NCBI RefSeq assembly: GCF_964204645.1
Contig: NC_134029.1
Span: 17,788,950 to 17,852,949, forward strand
DNA length: 64,000 nt
Source of the DNA: Tubulanus polymorphus
Taxonomy: Eukaryota; Animalia; Nemertea
Direction of reading: 5' to 3'
Shown here: positions 39,401 through 54,400 of the stretch, piece by piece
Numbering within the stretch: the stretch's first letter is position 1
How the letters are laid out: each line of letters starts with the position of its first letter
Position numbers and translations under genes: made by a program
Notes under the pieces: model-generated
Databases searched by the model: none
What the model was told of the DNA's origin: nothing
What the model saw: only the letters and a program-made list of their open reading frames with translations

Positions 39401-42400
39401 CTGTGCTAATTAGTCAAAATCTCACCAGCACGAAATCAGTATCAGTTACAGAAATTATTATATCTTAGCTGAAATCATACCGAATCTGCAGAAATCCATT
39501 TCCATGATTTCCTCCTGAACTCAAGTTGTGATTATGAACACCCACAGATCCCCACATATTTATGTGCTAGTGCTTCTTATCTGACAAGAACAGAAATATG
39601 AAGGGATCAGTGAGGGAAAAAAGCTCCATTTAAAAAGTAGAACTTATGCCTTTAGTCCTGGTATCATTTGGTGCTAGTATCAAAAGTAAACAAGCCCTCA
39701 TATGATACAAGGAGAAAAAGACGTTTAGGTTCCCATATGGATACTCATTGGTATCAAACTTTTGAATCCAATTGAATCTTGCTAATGAGAGGTGTCTATA
39801 GAATCATTGTTACCAGCACTGACCTGTGCTAATTAGTCAATTTCTCACCAGCACAAAATTAGTACCAGTTTCAAAAAATCTATATTCATTTTCCACAATT
39901 AATATCCATCACAAGACTGGTTTTAGCTAATCCTCAAAATCTCTGACATGAAATATCTCAAAAGTATTCCCAGCACAGGCCTGTGCTAGTAATATATGTT
40001 AAACTACCACTAGACATGTACCAGGAACACTAGATGAGGTATTGACTGATGACTGGAGGGTTGAGGACATTTTTTATCTAAAAGATATTGTGTTGAATTG
40101 AGTAAGTTAGTGTTATAGTTTGAGCATTGAATGAGTACTTCAAGTCATCAACTATCGATGAGAAATTAGAGTAAATGATTTAGATCCTCAATTCTGTAGT
40201 TGACTCAATCTTTTCAATAATGATAAAGAATTAAATCACCCAAAAGAAATTAAAACTCCAATTTTGTGTTAGAAACCAGTATTTAAAGAGGTGTCTATTT
40301 GATTCCCATTACTAGCACTGACCTGTGCTAATTAGTCAAAATCTCACCAGCACGAAATCAGTATCAGTTACAGAAATTATTATATCTTAAGTGAAATCAT
40401 ACCGAATCTGCAGAAATCCGTTCCATGATTTCCTCCTGAACTCAAGTTGTGATTATGAACACCCACAGATCCCCACATATTTATGTGCTAGTGCTTCTTA
40501 TCTGACAAGAACAGAAATATGAAGGGATCAGTGAGGGAAAAAACTCCATTTAAAAAGTAGAACTTATGCCTTTAGTCCTGGTATCATTTGGTGCTAGTAT
40601 CAAAAGTAAACAAGCCCTCATATGATACAAGGAGAAAAAGACGTTTAGGTTCCCATATGGATACTCATTGGTATCAAACTTTTGAATCCAATTGAATCTT
40701 GCTAATGAGAGGTGTCTATAGAATCATTGTTACCAGCACTGACCTGTGCTAATTAGTCAATTTCTCACCAGCACAAAATTAGTACCAGTTTCAAAAAATC
40801 TATATTCATTTTCCACAATTAATATCCATCACAAGACGGGTTTTAGCTAATCCTCAAAATCTCTGACATGAAATATCTCAAAAGTATTCCCAGCACTGGC
40901 CTGTGCTAGTAATATATGTTAAACTACCACTAGACATGTACCAGGAACACTAGATGAGGTATTGACTGATAACTGGAGGGTTGAGGACATTTTTTATCTA
41001 AAAGATATTGTGTTGAATTGAGTAAGTTAGTGTTATAGTTTGAGCATTGAATGAGTACTTCAAGTCATCAACTATTGATGAGAAAAGATATTGTGTTGAA
41101 TTGAGTAAGTTAGTGCTATAGTTTGAGCATTGAATGAGGACTTCAAGTCATCAACTATTGATGAGAAATTAGAGTAAATGATTTAGATCCTCAATTCTGT
41201 AGTTGACTCAATCTTTTCAATAATGATAAAGAATTAATTCACCCAAAAGAAATTAAAACTCCAATTTTGTGTTAGAAACCAGTATTTAAAGAGGTGTCTA
41301 TTTGATTCCCATTACTAGCACTGACCTGTGCTAATTAGTCAAAATCTCACCAGCACGAAATCAGTATCAGTTACAGAAATTATTATATCTTAGCTGAAAT
41401 CATACCGAATCTGCAGGAATCCATTTCCATGATTTCCTCCTGAACTCAAATTGTGATCATGAACACCCACAGATCCCCACATATTTATGTGCTAGTGCGT
41501 CTTATCTGACAAGAACAGAAATATGAAGGGATCAGTGAGGGAAGAAAATTCCATTTAAAAAGTAGAACTTATGCCTTTAGTCCTGGTATCATTTGGTGCT
41601 AGTATAAAAAAGTAAACAAGCCCTCATATGATACAAGGAGAAATAGACGTTTAGGTTCCCAAATGGCTACTCATTGGTATCAAACCTTTTAATCCAAATG
41701 AATGTTGCTAATGAGAGGTGTCTATAGAATCATTGTTACCAGCACTGACCTGTGCTAATTAGTCAATTTCTTACCAGCACAAAATTAGTACCAGTTACAA
41801 AAAATCTATATTCATTTTCCACAATTAATATCCATCACAAGACTGGTTTTGGCTAATCCTCAAAATCTATGACATGAAATATCTCAAAAGTACTCCCAGC
41901 ACAGGCCTGTGCTAGTAATGTTAAACTACCACTAGACATGTACCAGGGACACTAGATGAGGTATTGACGGATGACTGGAGGGTTGAGGACATTTTTTATC
42001 TAAAAGATATTGTGTTGAATTGAGTAAGTTAGTGTTATAGTTTGAGTATTGAATGAGTTCTTCAAGTCATCAACTATTGATGAGAAATTAGAGTAAATGA
42101 TTTAGATCCTCAATTCTGTAGTTGACTCAATCTTTTCAATAATGATAAAGAATTAAATCACCCAAAAGAAATTAAAACTCCAATTTTGTGTTAGAAACCA
42201 GTATTTAAAGAGGTGTCTATTTGATTCCCATTACTAGCACTGACCTGTGCTAATTAGTCAAAATCTCACCAGCACGAAATCAGTATCAGTTACAGAAATT
42301 ATTATATCTTAGCTGAAATCATACCGAATCTGCAGAAATCTGTTTCCATGATTTCCTCCTGAACTCAAATTGTGATTATGAACACCCACAGATCCCCACA

Positions 42401-45400
42401 TATTTATGTGCTAGTGCGTCTTATCTGACAAGAACAGAAATATGAAGGGATCAGTGAGGGAAAAAAACTCCATTTAAAAAGTAGAACTTATGCCTTTAGT
42501 CCTGGTATCATTTGGTGCTAGTATCAAAAGTAAACAAGCTCTCATATGATACAAGGAGAAAAAGACGTTTAGGTTCCCAAATGGCTACTCATTGGTATCA
42601 AACTTTTTAATCCAAATGAATCTTGCTAATGAGAGGTGTCTATAGAATCATTGTTACCAGCACTGACCTGTGCTAATTAGTCAATTTCTCACCAGCACAA
42701 AATTAGTACCAGTTACAAAAAATCTATATTCATTTTCCACAATTAATATCCATCACAAGACTGGTTTTAGCTAATCCTCAAAATCTATGACATGAAATAT
42801 CTCAAAAGTATTCCCAGCACAGGCCTGTGCTAGTAATATATGTTAAACTACCACTAGACATGTACCAGGGACACTAGATGAGGTATTGACGGATAACTGG
42901 AGGGTTGAGGACATTTTTTATCTAAAAGATATTGTGTTGAATTGAGTAAGTTAGTGTTATAGTTTGAGTATTGAATGAGTGCTTCAAGTCATCAACTATT
43001 GATGAGAAATTAGAGTAAATGATTTAGATCCTCAATTCTGTAGTTGACTCAATCTTTTCAATAATGATAAAGAATTAAATCACCCAAAAGAAATTAAAAC
43101 TCCAATTTTGTGTTAGAAACCAGTATTTAAAGAGGTGTCTATTTGATTCCCATTACTAGCACTGACCTGTGCTAATTAGTCAAAATCTCACCAGCACGAA
43201 ATCAGTATCAGTTACAGAAATTATTATATCTTAGCTGAAATCATACCGAATCTGCAGAAATCCATTTCCATGATTTCCTCCTGAACTCAAGTTGTGATTA
43301 TGAACACCCACAGATCCCCACATATTTATGTGCTAGTGCTTCTTATCTGACAAGAACAGAAATATGAAGGGATCAGTGAGGGAAAAAAACTCCATTTAAA
43401 AAGTAGAACTTATGCCTTTAGTCCTGGTATCATTTGGTGCTAGTATCAAAAGTAAACAAGCCCTCATATGATACAAGGAGAAAAAGACGTTTAGGTTCCC
43501 ATATGGATACTCATTGGTATCAAACTTTTGAATCCAATTGAATCTTGCTAATGAGAGGTGTCTATAGAATCATTGTTACCAGCACTGACCTGTGCTAATT
43601 AGTCAATTTCTCAACAGCACAAAATTAGTACCAGTTTCAAAAAATCTATATTCATTTTCCACAATTAATATCCATCACAAGACTGGTTTTAGCTAATCCT
43701 CAAAATCTCTGACATGAAATATCTCAAAAGTATTCCCAGCACAGGCCTGTGCTAGTAATATATGTTAAACTACCACTAGACATGTACCAGGAACACTAGA
43801 TGAGGTATTGACTGATGACTGGAGGGTTGAGGACATTTTTTATCTAAAAGATATTGTGTTGAATTGAGTAAGTTAGTGTTATAGTTTGAGCATTGAATGA
43901 GTACTTCAAGTCATCAACTATCGATGAGAAATTAGAGTAAATGATTTAGATCCTCAATTCTGTAGTTGACTCAATCTTTTCAATAATGATAAAGAATTAA
44001 ATCACCCAAAAGAAATTAAAACTCCAATTTTGTGTTAGAAACCAGTATTTAAAGAGGTGTCTATTTGATTCCCATTACTAGCACTGACCTGTGCTAATTA
44101 GTCAAAATCTCACCAGCACGAAATCAGTATCAGTTACAGAAATTATTATATCTTAAGTGAAATCATACCGAATCTGCAGAAATCCGTTCCATGATTTCCT
44201 CCTGAACTCAAGTTGTGATTATGAACACCCACAGATCCCCACATATTTATGTGCTAGTGCTTCTTATCTGACAAGAACAGAAATATGAAGGGATCAGTGA
44301 GGGAAAAAACTCCATTTAAAAAGTAGAACTTATGCCTTTAGTCCTGGTATCATTTGGTGCTAGTATCAAAAGTAAACAAGCCCTCATATGATACAAGGAG
44401 AAAAAGACGTTTAGGTTCCCATATGGATACTCATTGGTATCAAACTTTTGAATCCAATTGAATCTTGCTAATGAGAGGTGTCTATAGAATCATTGTTACC
44501 AGCACTGACCTGTGCTAATTAGTCAATTTCTCACCAGCACAAAATTAGTACCAGTTTCAAAAAATCTATATTCATTTTCCACAATTAATATCCATCACAA
44601 GACGGGTTTTAGCTAATCCTCAAAATCTCTGACATGAAATATCTCAAAAGTATTCCCAGCACAGGCCTGTGCTAGTAATATATGTTAAACTACCACTAGA
44701 CATGTACCAGGAACACTAGATGAGGTATTGACTGATGACTGGAGGGTTGAGGACATTTTTTATCTAAAAGATATTGTGTTGAATTGAGTAAGTTAGTGTT
44801 ATAGTTTGAGCATTGAATGAGTACTTCAAGTCATCAACTATTGATGAGAAAAGATATTGTGTTGAATTGAGTAAGTTAGTGCTATAGTTTGAGCATTGAA
44901 TGAGGACTTCAAGTCATCAACTATTGATGAGAAATTAGAGTAAATGATTTAGATCCTCAATTCTGTAGTTGACTCAATCTTTTCAATAATGATAAAGAAT
45001 TAATTCGCCCAAAAGAAATTAAAACTCCAATTTTGTGTTAGAAACCAGTATTTAAAGAGGTGTCTATTTGATTCCCATTACTAGCACTGACCTGTGCTAA
45101 TTAGTCAAAATCTCACCAGCAATAAATCAGTATCAGTTACAGAAATTATTATATCTTAGCTGAAATCATACCGAATCTGCAGGAATCCATTTCCATGATT
45201 TCCTCCTGAACTCAAATTGTGATCATGAACACCCACAGATCCCCACATATTTATGTGCTAGTGCGTCTTATCTGACAAGAACAGAAATATGAAGGGATCA
45301 GTGAGGGAAGAAAATTCCATTTAAAAAGTAGAACTTATGCCTTTAGTCCTGGTATCATTTGGTGCTAGTATAAAAAAGTAAACAAGCCCTCATATGATAC

Positions 45401-48400
45401 AAGGAGAAATAGACGTTTAGGTTCCCAAATGGCTACTCATTGGTATCAAACCTTTTAATCCAAATGAATGTTGCTAATGAGAGGTGTCTATAGAATCATT
45501 GTTACCAGCACTGACCTGTGCTAATTAGTCAATTTCTTACCAGCACAAAATTAGTACCAGTTACAAAAAATCTATATTCATTTTCCACAATTAATATCCA
45601 TCACAAGACTGGTTTTAGCTAATCCTCAAAATCTATGACATGAAATATCTCAAAAGTACTCCCAGCACAGGCCTGTGCTAGTAATGTTAAACTACCACTA
45701 GACATGTACCAGGGACACTAGATTAGGTATTGACGGATGACTGGAGGGTTGAGGACATTTTTTATCTAAAAGATATTGTGTTGAATTGAATAAGTTAGTG
45801 TTATAGTTTGAGTATTGAATGAGTTCTTCAAGTCATCAACTATTGATGAGAAATTAGAGTAAATGATTTAGATCCTCAATTCTGTAGTTGACTCAATCTT
45901 TTCAATAATGATAAAGAATTAAATCACCCAAAAGAAATTAAAACTCCAATTTTGTGTTAGAAACCAGTATTTAAAGAGGTGTCTATTTGATTCCCATTAC
46001 TAGCACTGACCTGTGCTAATTAGTCAAAATCTCACCAGCACGAAATCAGTATCAGTTACAGAAATTATTATATCTTAGCTGAAATCATACCGAATCTGCA
46101 GAAATCCATTTCCATGATTTCCTCCTGAACTCAAATTGTGATTATGAACACCCACAGATCCCCACATATTTATGTGCTAGTGCGTCTTATCTGACAAGAA
46201 CAGAAATATGAAGGGATCAGTGAGGGAAAAAAACTCCATTTAAAAAGTAGAACTTATGCCTTTAGTCCTGGTATCATTTGGTGCTAGTATCAAAAGTAAA
46301 CAAGCTCTCATATGATACAAGGAGAAAAAGACGTTTAGGTTCCCAAATGGCTACTCATTGGTATCAAACTTTTTAATCCAAATGAATCTTGCTAATGAGA
46401 GGTGTCTATAGAATCATTGTTACCAGCACTGACCTGTGCTAATTAGTCAATTTCTCACCAGCACAAAATTAGTACCAGTTACAAAAAATCTATATTCATT
46501 TTCCACAATTAATATCCATCACAAGACTGGTTTTAGCTAATCCTCAAAATCTATGACATGAAATATCTCAAAAGTATTCCCAGCACAGGCCTGTGCTAGT
46601 AATATATGTTAAACTACCACTAGACATGTACCAGGGACACTAGATGAGGTATTGACGGATAACTGGAGGGTTGAGGACATTTTTTATCTAAAAGATATTG
46701 TGTTGAATTGAGTAAGTTAGTGTTATAGTTTGAGTATTGAATGAGTGCTTCAAGTCATCAACTATTGATGAGAAATTAGAGTAAATGATTTAGATCCTCA
46801 ATTCTGTAGTTGACTCAATCTTTTCAATAATGATAAAGAATTAAATCACCCAAAAGAAATTAAAACTCCAATTTTGTGTTAGAAACCAGTATTTAAAGAG
46901 GTGTCTATTTGATTCCCATTACTAGCACTGACCTGTGCTAATTAGTCAAAATCTCACCAGCACGAAATCAGTATCAGTTACAGAAATTATTATATCTTAG
47001 CTGAAATCATACCGAATCTGCAGAAATCCATTTCCATGATTTCCTCCTGAACTCAAGTTGTGATTATGAACACCCACAGATCCCCATATATTTATGTGCT
47101 AGTGCTTCTTATCTGACAAGAACAGAAATATGAAGGGATCAGTGAGGGAAAAAAACTCCATTTAAAAAGTAGAACTTATGCCTTTAGTCCTGGTATCATT
47201 TGGTGCTAGTATCAAAAGTAAACAAGCCCTCATATGATACAAGGAGAAAAAGACGTTTAGGTTCCCATATGGATACTCATTGGTATCAAACTTTTGAATC
47301 CAATTGAATCTTGCTAATGAGAGGTGTCTATAGAATCATTGTTACCAGCACTGACCTGTGCTAATTAGTCAATTTCTCAACCGCACAAAATTAGTACCAG
47401 TTTCAAAAAATCTATATTCATTTTCCACAATTAATATCCATCACAAGACTGGTTTTAGCTAATCCTCAAAATCTCTGACATGAAATATCTCAAAATTATT
47501 CCCAGCACAGGCCTGTGCTAGTAATATATGTTAAACTACCACTAGACATGTACCAGGAACACTAGATGAGGTATTGACTGATGACTGGAGGGTTGAGGAC
47601 ATTTTTTATCTAAAAGATATTGTGTTGAATTGAGTAAGTTAGTGTTATAGTTTGAGCATTGAATGAGTACTTCAAGTCATCAACTATCGATGAGAAATTA
47701 GAGTAAATGATTTAGATCCTCAATTCTGTAGTTGACTCAATCTTTTCAATAATGATAAAGAATTAAATCACCCAAAAGAAATTAAAACTCCAATTTTGTG
47801 TTAGAAACCAGTATTTAAAGAGGTGTCTATTTGATTCCCATTACTAGCACTGACCTGTGCTAATTAGTCAAAATCTCACCAGCACGAAATCAGTATCAGT
47901 TACAGAAATTATTATATCTTAGCTGAAATCATACCGAATCTGCAGAAATCTGTTCCATGATTTCCTCCTGAACTCAAGTTGTGATTATGAACACCCACAG
48001 ATCCCCACATATTTATGTGCTAGTGCTTCTTATCTGACAAGAACGGAAATATGAAGGGATCAGTGAGGGAAAAAAACTCCATTTAAAAAGTAGAACTTAT
48101 GCCTTTAGTTCTGGTATCATTTGGTGCTATTATCAAAAGTAAACAAGCCCTCATATGATACAAGGAGAAAAAGACGTTTAGGTTCCCATATGGATACTCA
48201 TTGGTATCAAACTTTTGAATCCAATTGAATCTTGCTAATGAGAGGTGTCTATAGAATCATTGTTACCAGCACTGACCTGTGCTAATTAGTCAATTTCTCA
48301 ACCGCACAAAATTAGTACCAGTTTCAAAAAATCTATATTCATTTTCCACAATTAATATCCATCACAAGACTGGTTTTAGCTAATCCTCAAAATCTCTGAC

Positions 48401-51400
48401 ATGAAATATCTCAAAATTATTCCCAGCACAGGCCTGTGCTAGTAATATATGTTAAACTACCACTAGACATGTACCAGGAACACTAGATGAGGTATTGACT
48501 GATGACTGGAGGGTTGAGGACATTTTTTATCTAAAAGATATTGTGTTGAATTGAGTAAGTTAGTGTTATAGTTTGAGCATTGAATGAGTACTTCAAGTCA
48601 TCAACTATCGATGAGAAATTAGAGTAAATGATTTAGATCCTCAATTCTGTAGTTGACTCAATCTTTTCAATAATGATAAAGAATTAAATCACCCAAAAGA
48701 AATTAAAACTCCAATTTTGTGTTAGAAACCAGTATTTAAAGAGGTGTCTATTTGATTCCCATTACTAGCACTGACCTGTGCTAATTAGTCAAAATCTCAC
48801 CAGCACGAAATCAGTATCAGTTACAGAAATTATTATATCTTAGCTGAAATCATACCGAATCTGCAGAAATCTGTTCCATGATTTCCTCCTGAACTCAAGT
48901 TGTGATTATGAACACCCACAGATCCCCACATATTTATGTGCTAGTGCTTCTTATCTGACAAGAACGGAAATATGAAGGGATCAGTGAGGGAAAAAAACTC
49001 CATTTAAAAAGTAGAACTTATGCCTTTAGTTCTGGTATCATTTGGTGCTATTATCAAAAGTAAACAAGCCCTCATATGATACAAGGTGAAAAAGACGTTT
49101 AGGTTCCCATATGGATACTCATTGGTATCAAACTTTTGAATCCAATTGAATCTTGCTAATGAGAGGTGTCTATAGAATCATTGTTACCAGCACTGACCTG
49201 TGCTAATTAGTCAATTTCTCACCAGCACAAAATTAGTACCAGTTTTAAAAAATCTATATTCATTTTCCACAATTAATATCCATCACAAGACTGGTTTTAG
49301 CTAATCCTCAAAATCTCTGACATGAAATATCTCAAAAGTATTCCCAGCACAGGCCTGTGCTAGTAATATATGTTAAACTACCACTAGACATGTACCAGGA
49401 ACACTAGATGAGGTATTGACTGATGACTGGAGGGTTGAGGACATTTTTTATCTAAAAGATAATGTGTTGAATTGAGTAAGTTAGTGTTATAGTTTGAACA
49501 TTGAATGAGTACTTCAAGTCATCAACTATTGATGAGAAAAGATATTGTGTTGAATTGAGTAAGTTAGTGCTATAGTTTGAGCATTGAATGAGGACTTCAA
49601 GTCATCAACTATTGATGAGAAATTAGAGTAAATGATTTAGATCCTCAATTCTGTAGTTGACTCAATCTTTTCAATAATGATAAAGAATTAAATCACCCAA
49701 AAGAAATTAAAACTCCAATTTTGTGTTAGAAACCAGTATTTAAAGAGGTGTCTATTTGATTCCCATTACTAGCACTGACCTGTGCTAATTAGTCAAAATC
49801 TCACCAGCACGAAATCAGTATCAGCTACAGAAATCATTATATCTTAGCTGAAATCATACCGAATCTGCAGAAATCCATTTCCATGATTTCCTCCTGAACT
49901 CAAATTGTGATTATGAACACCCACAGCTCCCCAAATATTTATGTGCTAGTGCGTCTTATCTGACAAGAACAGAAATATGAAGGGATCAGTGAGGGAAGAA
50001 AACTCCATTTAAAAAGTAGATCTTATGCCTTTAGTCCTGGTATCATTTGGTGCTAGTATCAAAAGTAAACAAGCCCTCATATGATACAAGGAGAAAAAGA
50101 CGTTTAGGTTCCCAAATGGCTACTCATTGGTATCAAACTTTTGAATCCAATTGAATCTTGCTAATGAGAGGTGTCTATAGAATCATTGTTACCAGCACTG
50201 ACCTGTGCTAATTAGTCAATTTCTCACCAGCACAAAATTAGTACCAGTTACAAAAAATCTATATTCATTTTCCACAATTAATATCCATCACAAGACTGGT
50301 TTTAGCTAATCCTCAAAATCTATGACATGAAATATCTCAAAAGTACTCCCAGCACAGGCCTGTGCTAGTAATATATGTCAAACTACCACTAGACATGTAC
50401 CAGGAACACTAGATGAGGTATTGACGGATGACTGGAGGGTTGAGGACATTTCTTATCTAAAAGATATTGTGTTGAATTGAGTAAGTTAGTGCTATAGTTT
50501 GAGCATTGAATGAGTTCTTCAAGTCATCAACTAATGATGAGAAGTTTCATTCACGTAATCAATCATTTATCACCCATTATTACTAATCAAGCTACAAATT
50601 AGTGTTAATGATTTACCGGTAGATCCTCAATTCTGTAGTTGACTCAATCTATTCAATAATGATAAAGAATCAAATCAAAAAATCTATATTCATTTTCCAC
50701 AATTAATATCCATCACAAGACTGGTTTTAGCTAATCCTCAAAATCTATGACATGAAATATCTCAAAAGTACTCCCAGCACAGGCCTGTGCTAGTAATATA
50801 TGTTAAACTACCACTAGACATGTACCAGGAACACTAGATGAGGTATTGACTGATGACTGGAGGGTTGAGGACATTTTTTATCTAAAAGATATTGTGTTGA
50901 ATTGAGTAAGTTAGTGCTATAGTTTGAGCATTGAATGAGTTCTTCAAGTCATCAACTATTGATGAGAAGTTTCATTCACGTAATCAATCATTTATTACCC
51001 ATTATTGCTAATCAAGCTACAAATTAGTGTTAATGATTTACCGGTAGATCCTCAATTCTGTAGTTGACTCAATCTATTCAATAATGTTAAAGAATCAAAT
51101 CACCCAAAGAAATTGAAACTCCAATTTTGTGTTAGAAACCAGTATTTAAAGAGGTGTCTATTTGATTCCCATTACTAGCACTGACCTGTGCTAATTAGTC
51201 AAAATCTCACCAGCACGAAATCAGTATCAGTTACAGAAATTATTATATCTCAGCTGAAATCATACGGTATCTGCAGAAATCCTTTCCATGGTTTCCTCCT
51301 GAACTCAAGTTTTGAATATGAACACAGATCCCCACATATTTATGTGCTAGTGCTTCTTATCCGACAAGAACAGAAATATGAAGGGATCAGTGAGGGAAAA

Positions 51401-54400
51401 AATTCTATTTAAAAAGTAGAACTTGTGCCTTTAGTCCTGGTATCATTTGGTGCTTGTATAGAAAAAGTAAACAAGCCCTCATATGATACAAGGAGAAAAA
51501 GACGTTTAGGTTCCCAAATGGCTACTCATTGGTATCAAACTTTTTAATCCAAATCAATCTTGCTAATGAGAGGTGTCTATAGAATCATTGTTACCAGCAC
51601 TGACCTGTGCTAATTAGTCAATTTCTCACCAGCACAAAATTAGTACCAGTTACAAAAAATCTATATTCATTTTCCACAATTAATATCCATCACAAGACTG
51701 GTTTTAGCTAATCCTCAAAATCTATGACATGAAATATCTCAAAAGTATTCCCAGCACAGGCCTGTGCTAGTAATGTTAAACTACCACTAGACATGTACCA
51801 GGGACACTAGATGAGGTATTGACGGATGACTGGAGGGTTGAGGACATTTTTTATCTAAAAGATATTGTGTTGAATTGAGTAAGTTAGTGTTATAGTTTGA
51901 GTATTGAATGAGTACTTCAAGTCATCAACTATTGATGAGAAATTAGAGTAAATGATTTAGATCCTCAATTCTGTAGTTGACTCAATCTTTTCAATAATGA
52001 TAAAGAATTAAATCACCCAAAAGAAATTAAAACTCCAATTTTGTGTTAGAAACCAGTATTTAAAGAGGTGTCTATTTGATTCCCATTACTAGCACTGACC
52101 TGTGCTAATTAGTCAAAATCTCACCAGCACGATATCAGTATCAGTTACAGAAATTATTATATCTTAAGTGAAATCATACCGAATCTGCAGAAATCCTTTC
52201 CATGATTTCCTCCTGAACTCAAAATGTGATTATGAACACCCACAGATCCCCACATATTTATGTGCTAGTGCTTCTTATCTGACAAGAACAGAAATATGAA
52301 GGGATCAGTGAGGTAAAAAAACTCCATTTAAAAAGTAGAACTTATGCCTTTATTCCTGGTATCATTTGGTGCTAGTATCAAAAGTAAACAAGCCCTCATA
52401 TGATACAAGGAGAAAAAGACATTTAGGTTCCCAAATGGCTACTCATTGGTATCAAACTTTTTAATCCAAATCAATCTTGCTAATGAGAGGTGTCTATAGA
52501 ATCATTGTTACCAGCACTGACCTGTGCTAATTAGTCAATTTCTCACCAGCACAAAATTAGTACCAGTTACAAAAAATCTATATTCATTTTCCACAATTAA
52601 TATCCATCACAAGACTGGTTTTAGCTAATCCTCAAAATCTATGACATGAAATATCTCAAAAGTATTCCCAGCACAGGCCTGTGCTAGTAATGTTAAACTA
52701 CCACTAAACATGTACCAGGGACACTAGATGAGGTATTGACGGATGACTGGAGGGTTGAGGACATTTTTTATCTAAAAGATATTGTGTTGAATTGAGTAAG
52801 TTAGTGTTATAGTTTGAGTATTGAATGAGTACTTCAAGTCATCAACTATTGATGAGAAATTAGAGTAAATGATTTAGATCCTCAATTCTGTAGTTGACTC
52901 AATCTTTTCAATAATGATAAAGAATTAAATCACCCAAAAGAAATTAAAACTCCAATTTTGTGTTAGAAACCAGTATTTAAAGAGGTGTCTATTTGATTCC
53001 CATTACTAGCACTGACCTGTGCTAATTAGTCAAAATCTCACCAGCACGAAATCAGTATCAGTTACAGAAATTATTATATCTTAGCTGAAATCATACCGAA
53101 TCTGCAGAAATCCTTTCCATGATTTCCTCCTGAACTCAAAATGTGATTATGAACACCCACAGATCCCAAAATATTTATGTGCTAGTGCTTCTTATCTGAC
53201 TCGAACAGAAATAAGAAGGGATCAGTGAGGGAAAAAAACTCCATTTAAAAAGTAGAACTTATGCCTTTAGTCCTGGTATCATTTGGTGCTAGTATCAAAA
53301 GGAAACAAGCCCTCATATGATACAAGGAGAAAAAGACGTTTAGGTTCCCAAATGGCTACTCATTGGTATCAAACTTTTGAATCCAATTGAATCTTGCTAA
53401 TTAGAGGTGTCTATAGAATCATTGTTACCAGCACTGACCTGTGCTAATTAGTCAATTTCTCACCAGCACAAAATTAGTACCAGTTTCAAAAAATCTATAT
53501 TCATTTTCCACAATTAATATCCATCACAAGACTGGTTTTAGCTAATCCTCAAAATCTATGACATGAAATATCTCAAAAGTATTCCCAGCACAGGCCTGTG
53601 CTAGTAATATATGTTAAACTACCACTAGACATGTACCAGGAACACTAAATGAGGTATTGACTGATGACTGGAGGGTTGAGGACATTTTTTATCTAAAAGA
53701 TATTGTGTTGAATTGAGTAAGTTAGTGTTATAGTTTGAGCATTGAATGAGTACTTCAAGTCATCAACTATTGATGAGAAAAGATATTGTGTTGAATTGAG
53801 TAAGTTAGTGTTATAGTTTGAGCATTGAATGAGGACTTCAAGTCATCAACTATTGATGAGAAATTAGAGTAAATGATTTAGATCCTCAATTCTGTAGTTG
53901 ACTCAATCTTTTCAATAATGATAAAGAATTAAATCACGTAAAAGAAATTAAAACTCCTATTTTGTGTTAGAAACCAGTATTTAAAGAGGTGTCTATTTGA
54001 TTCCCATTACTAGCACTGACCTGTGCTAATTAGTCAAAATCTCACCAGCGCGAAATCAGTATCAGTTACAGAAATTATTATATCTTAGCTGAAATCATAC
54101 CGAATCTGCAGAAATCCTTTCCATGATTTCCTCCTGAACTCAAAATGTGATTATGAACACCCACAGATCCCCACATATTTATGTGCTAGTGTTTCTTATC
54201 TGACAAGAACAGAAATATGAAGGGATCAGTGAGGGGAAAAAACTCCATTTAAAAAGTAGAATTATGCCTTTAGTCCTGGTATCATTTGGTGCTAGTATCA
54301 AAAATAAACACGCCCTCATATGATACAAGGAGAAAAAGACGTTTAGGTTCCCAAATGGCTACTCATTGGTATCAAACTTTTGAATCCAATTGAATCTTGC

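Noticed and set aside
51188-51412. 74-aa ORF, repeated at 58161-58385
   Set aside because: It is open only in two variant monomers that lost stop codons, has a GTG start and resembles no protein I recognise.
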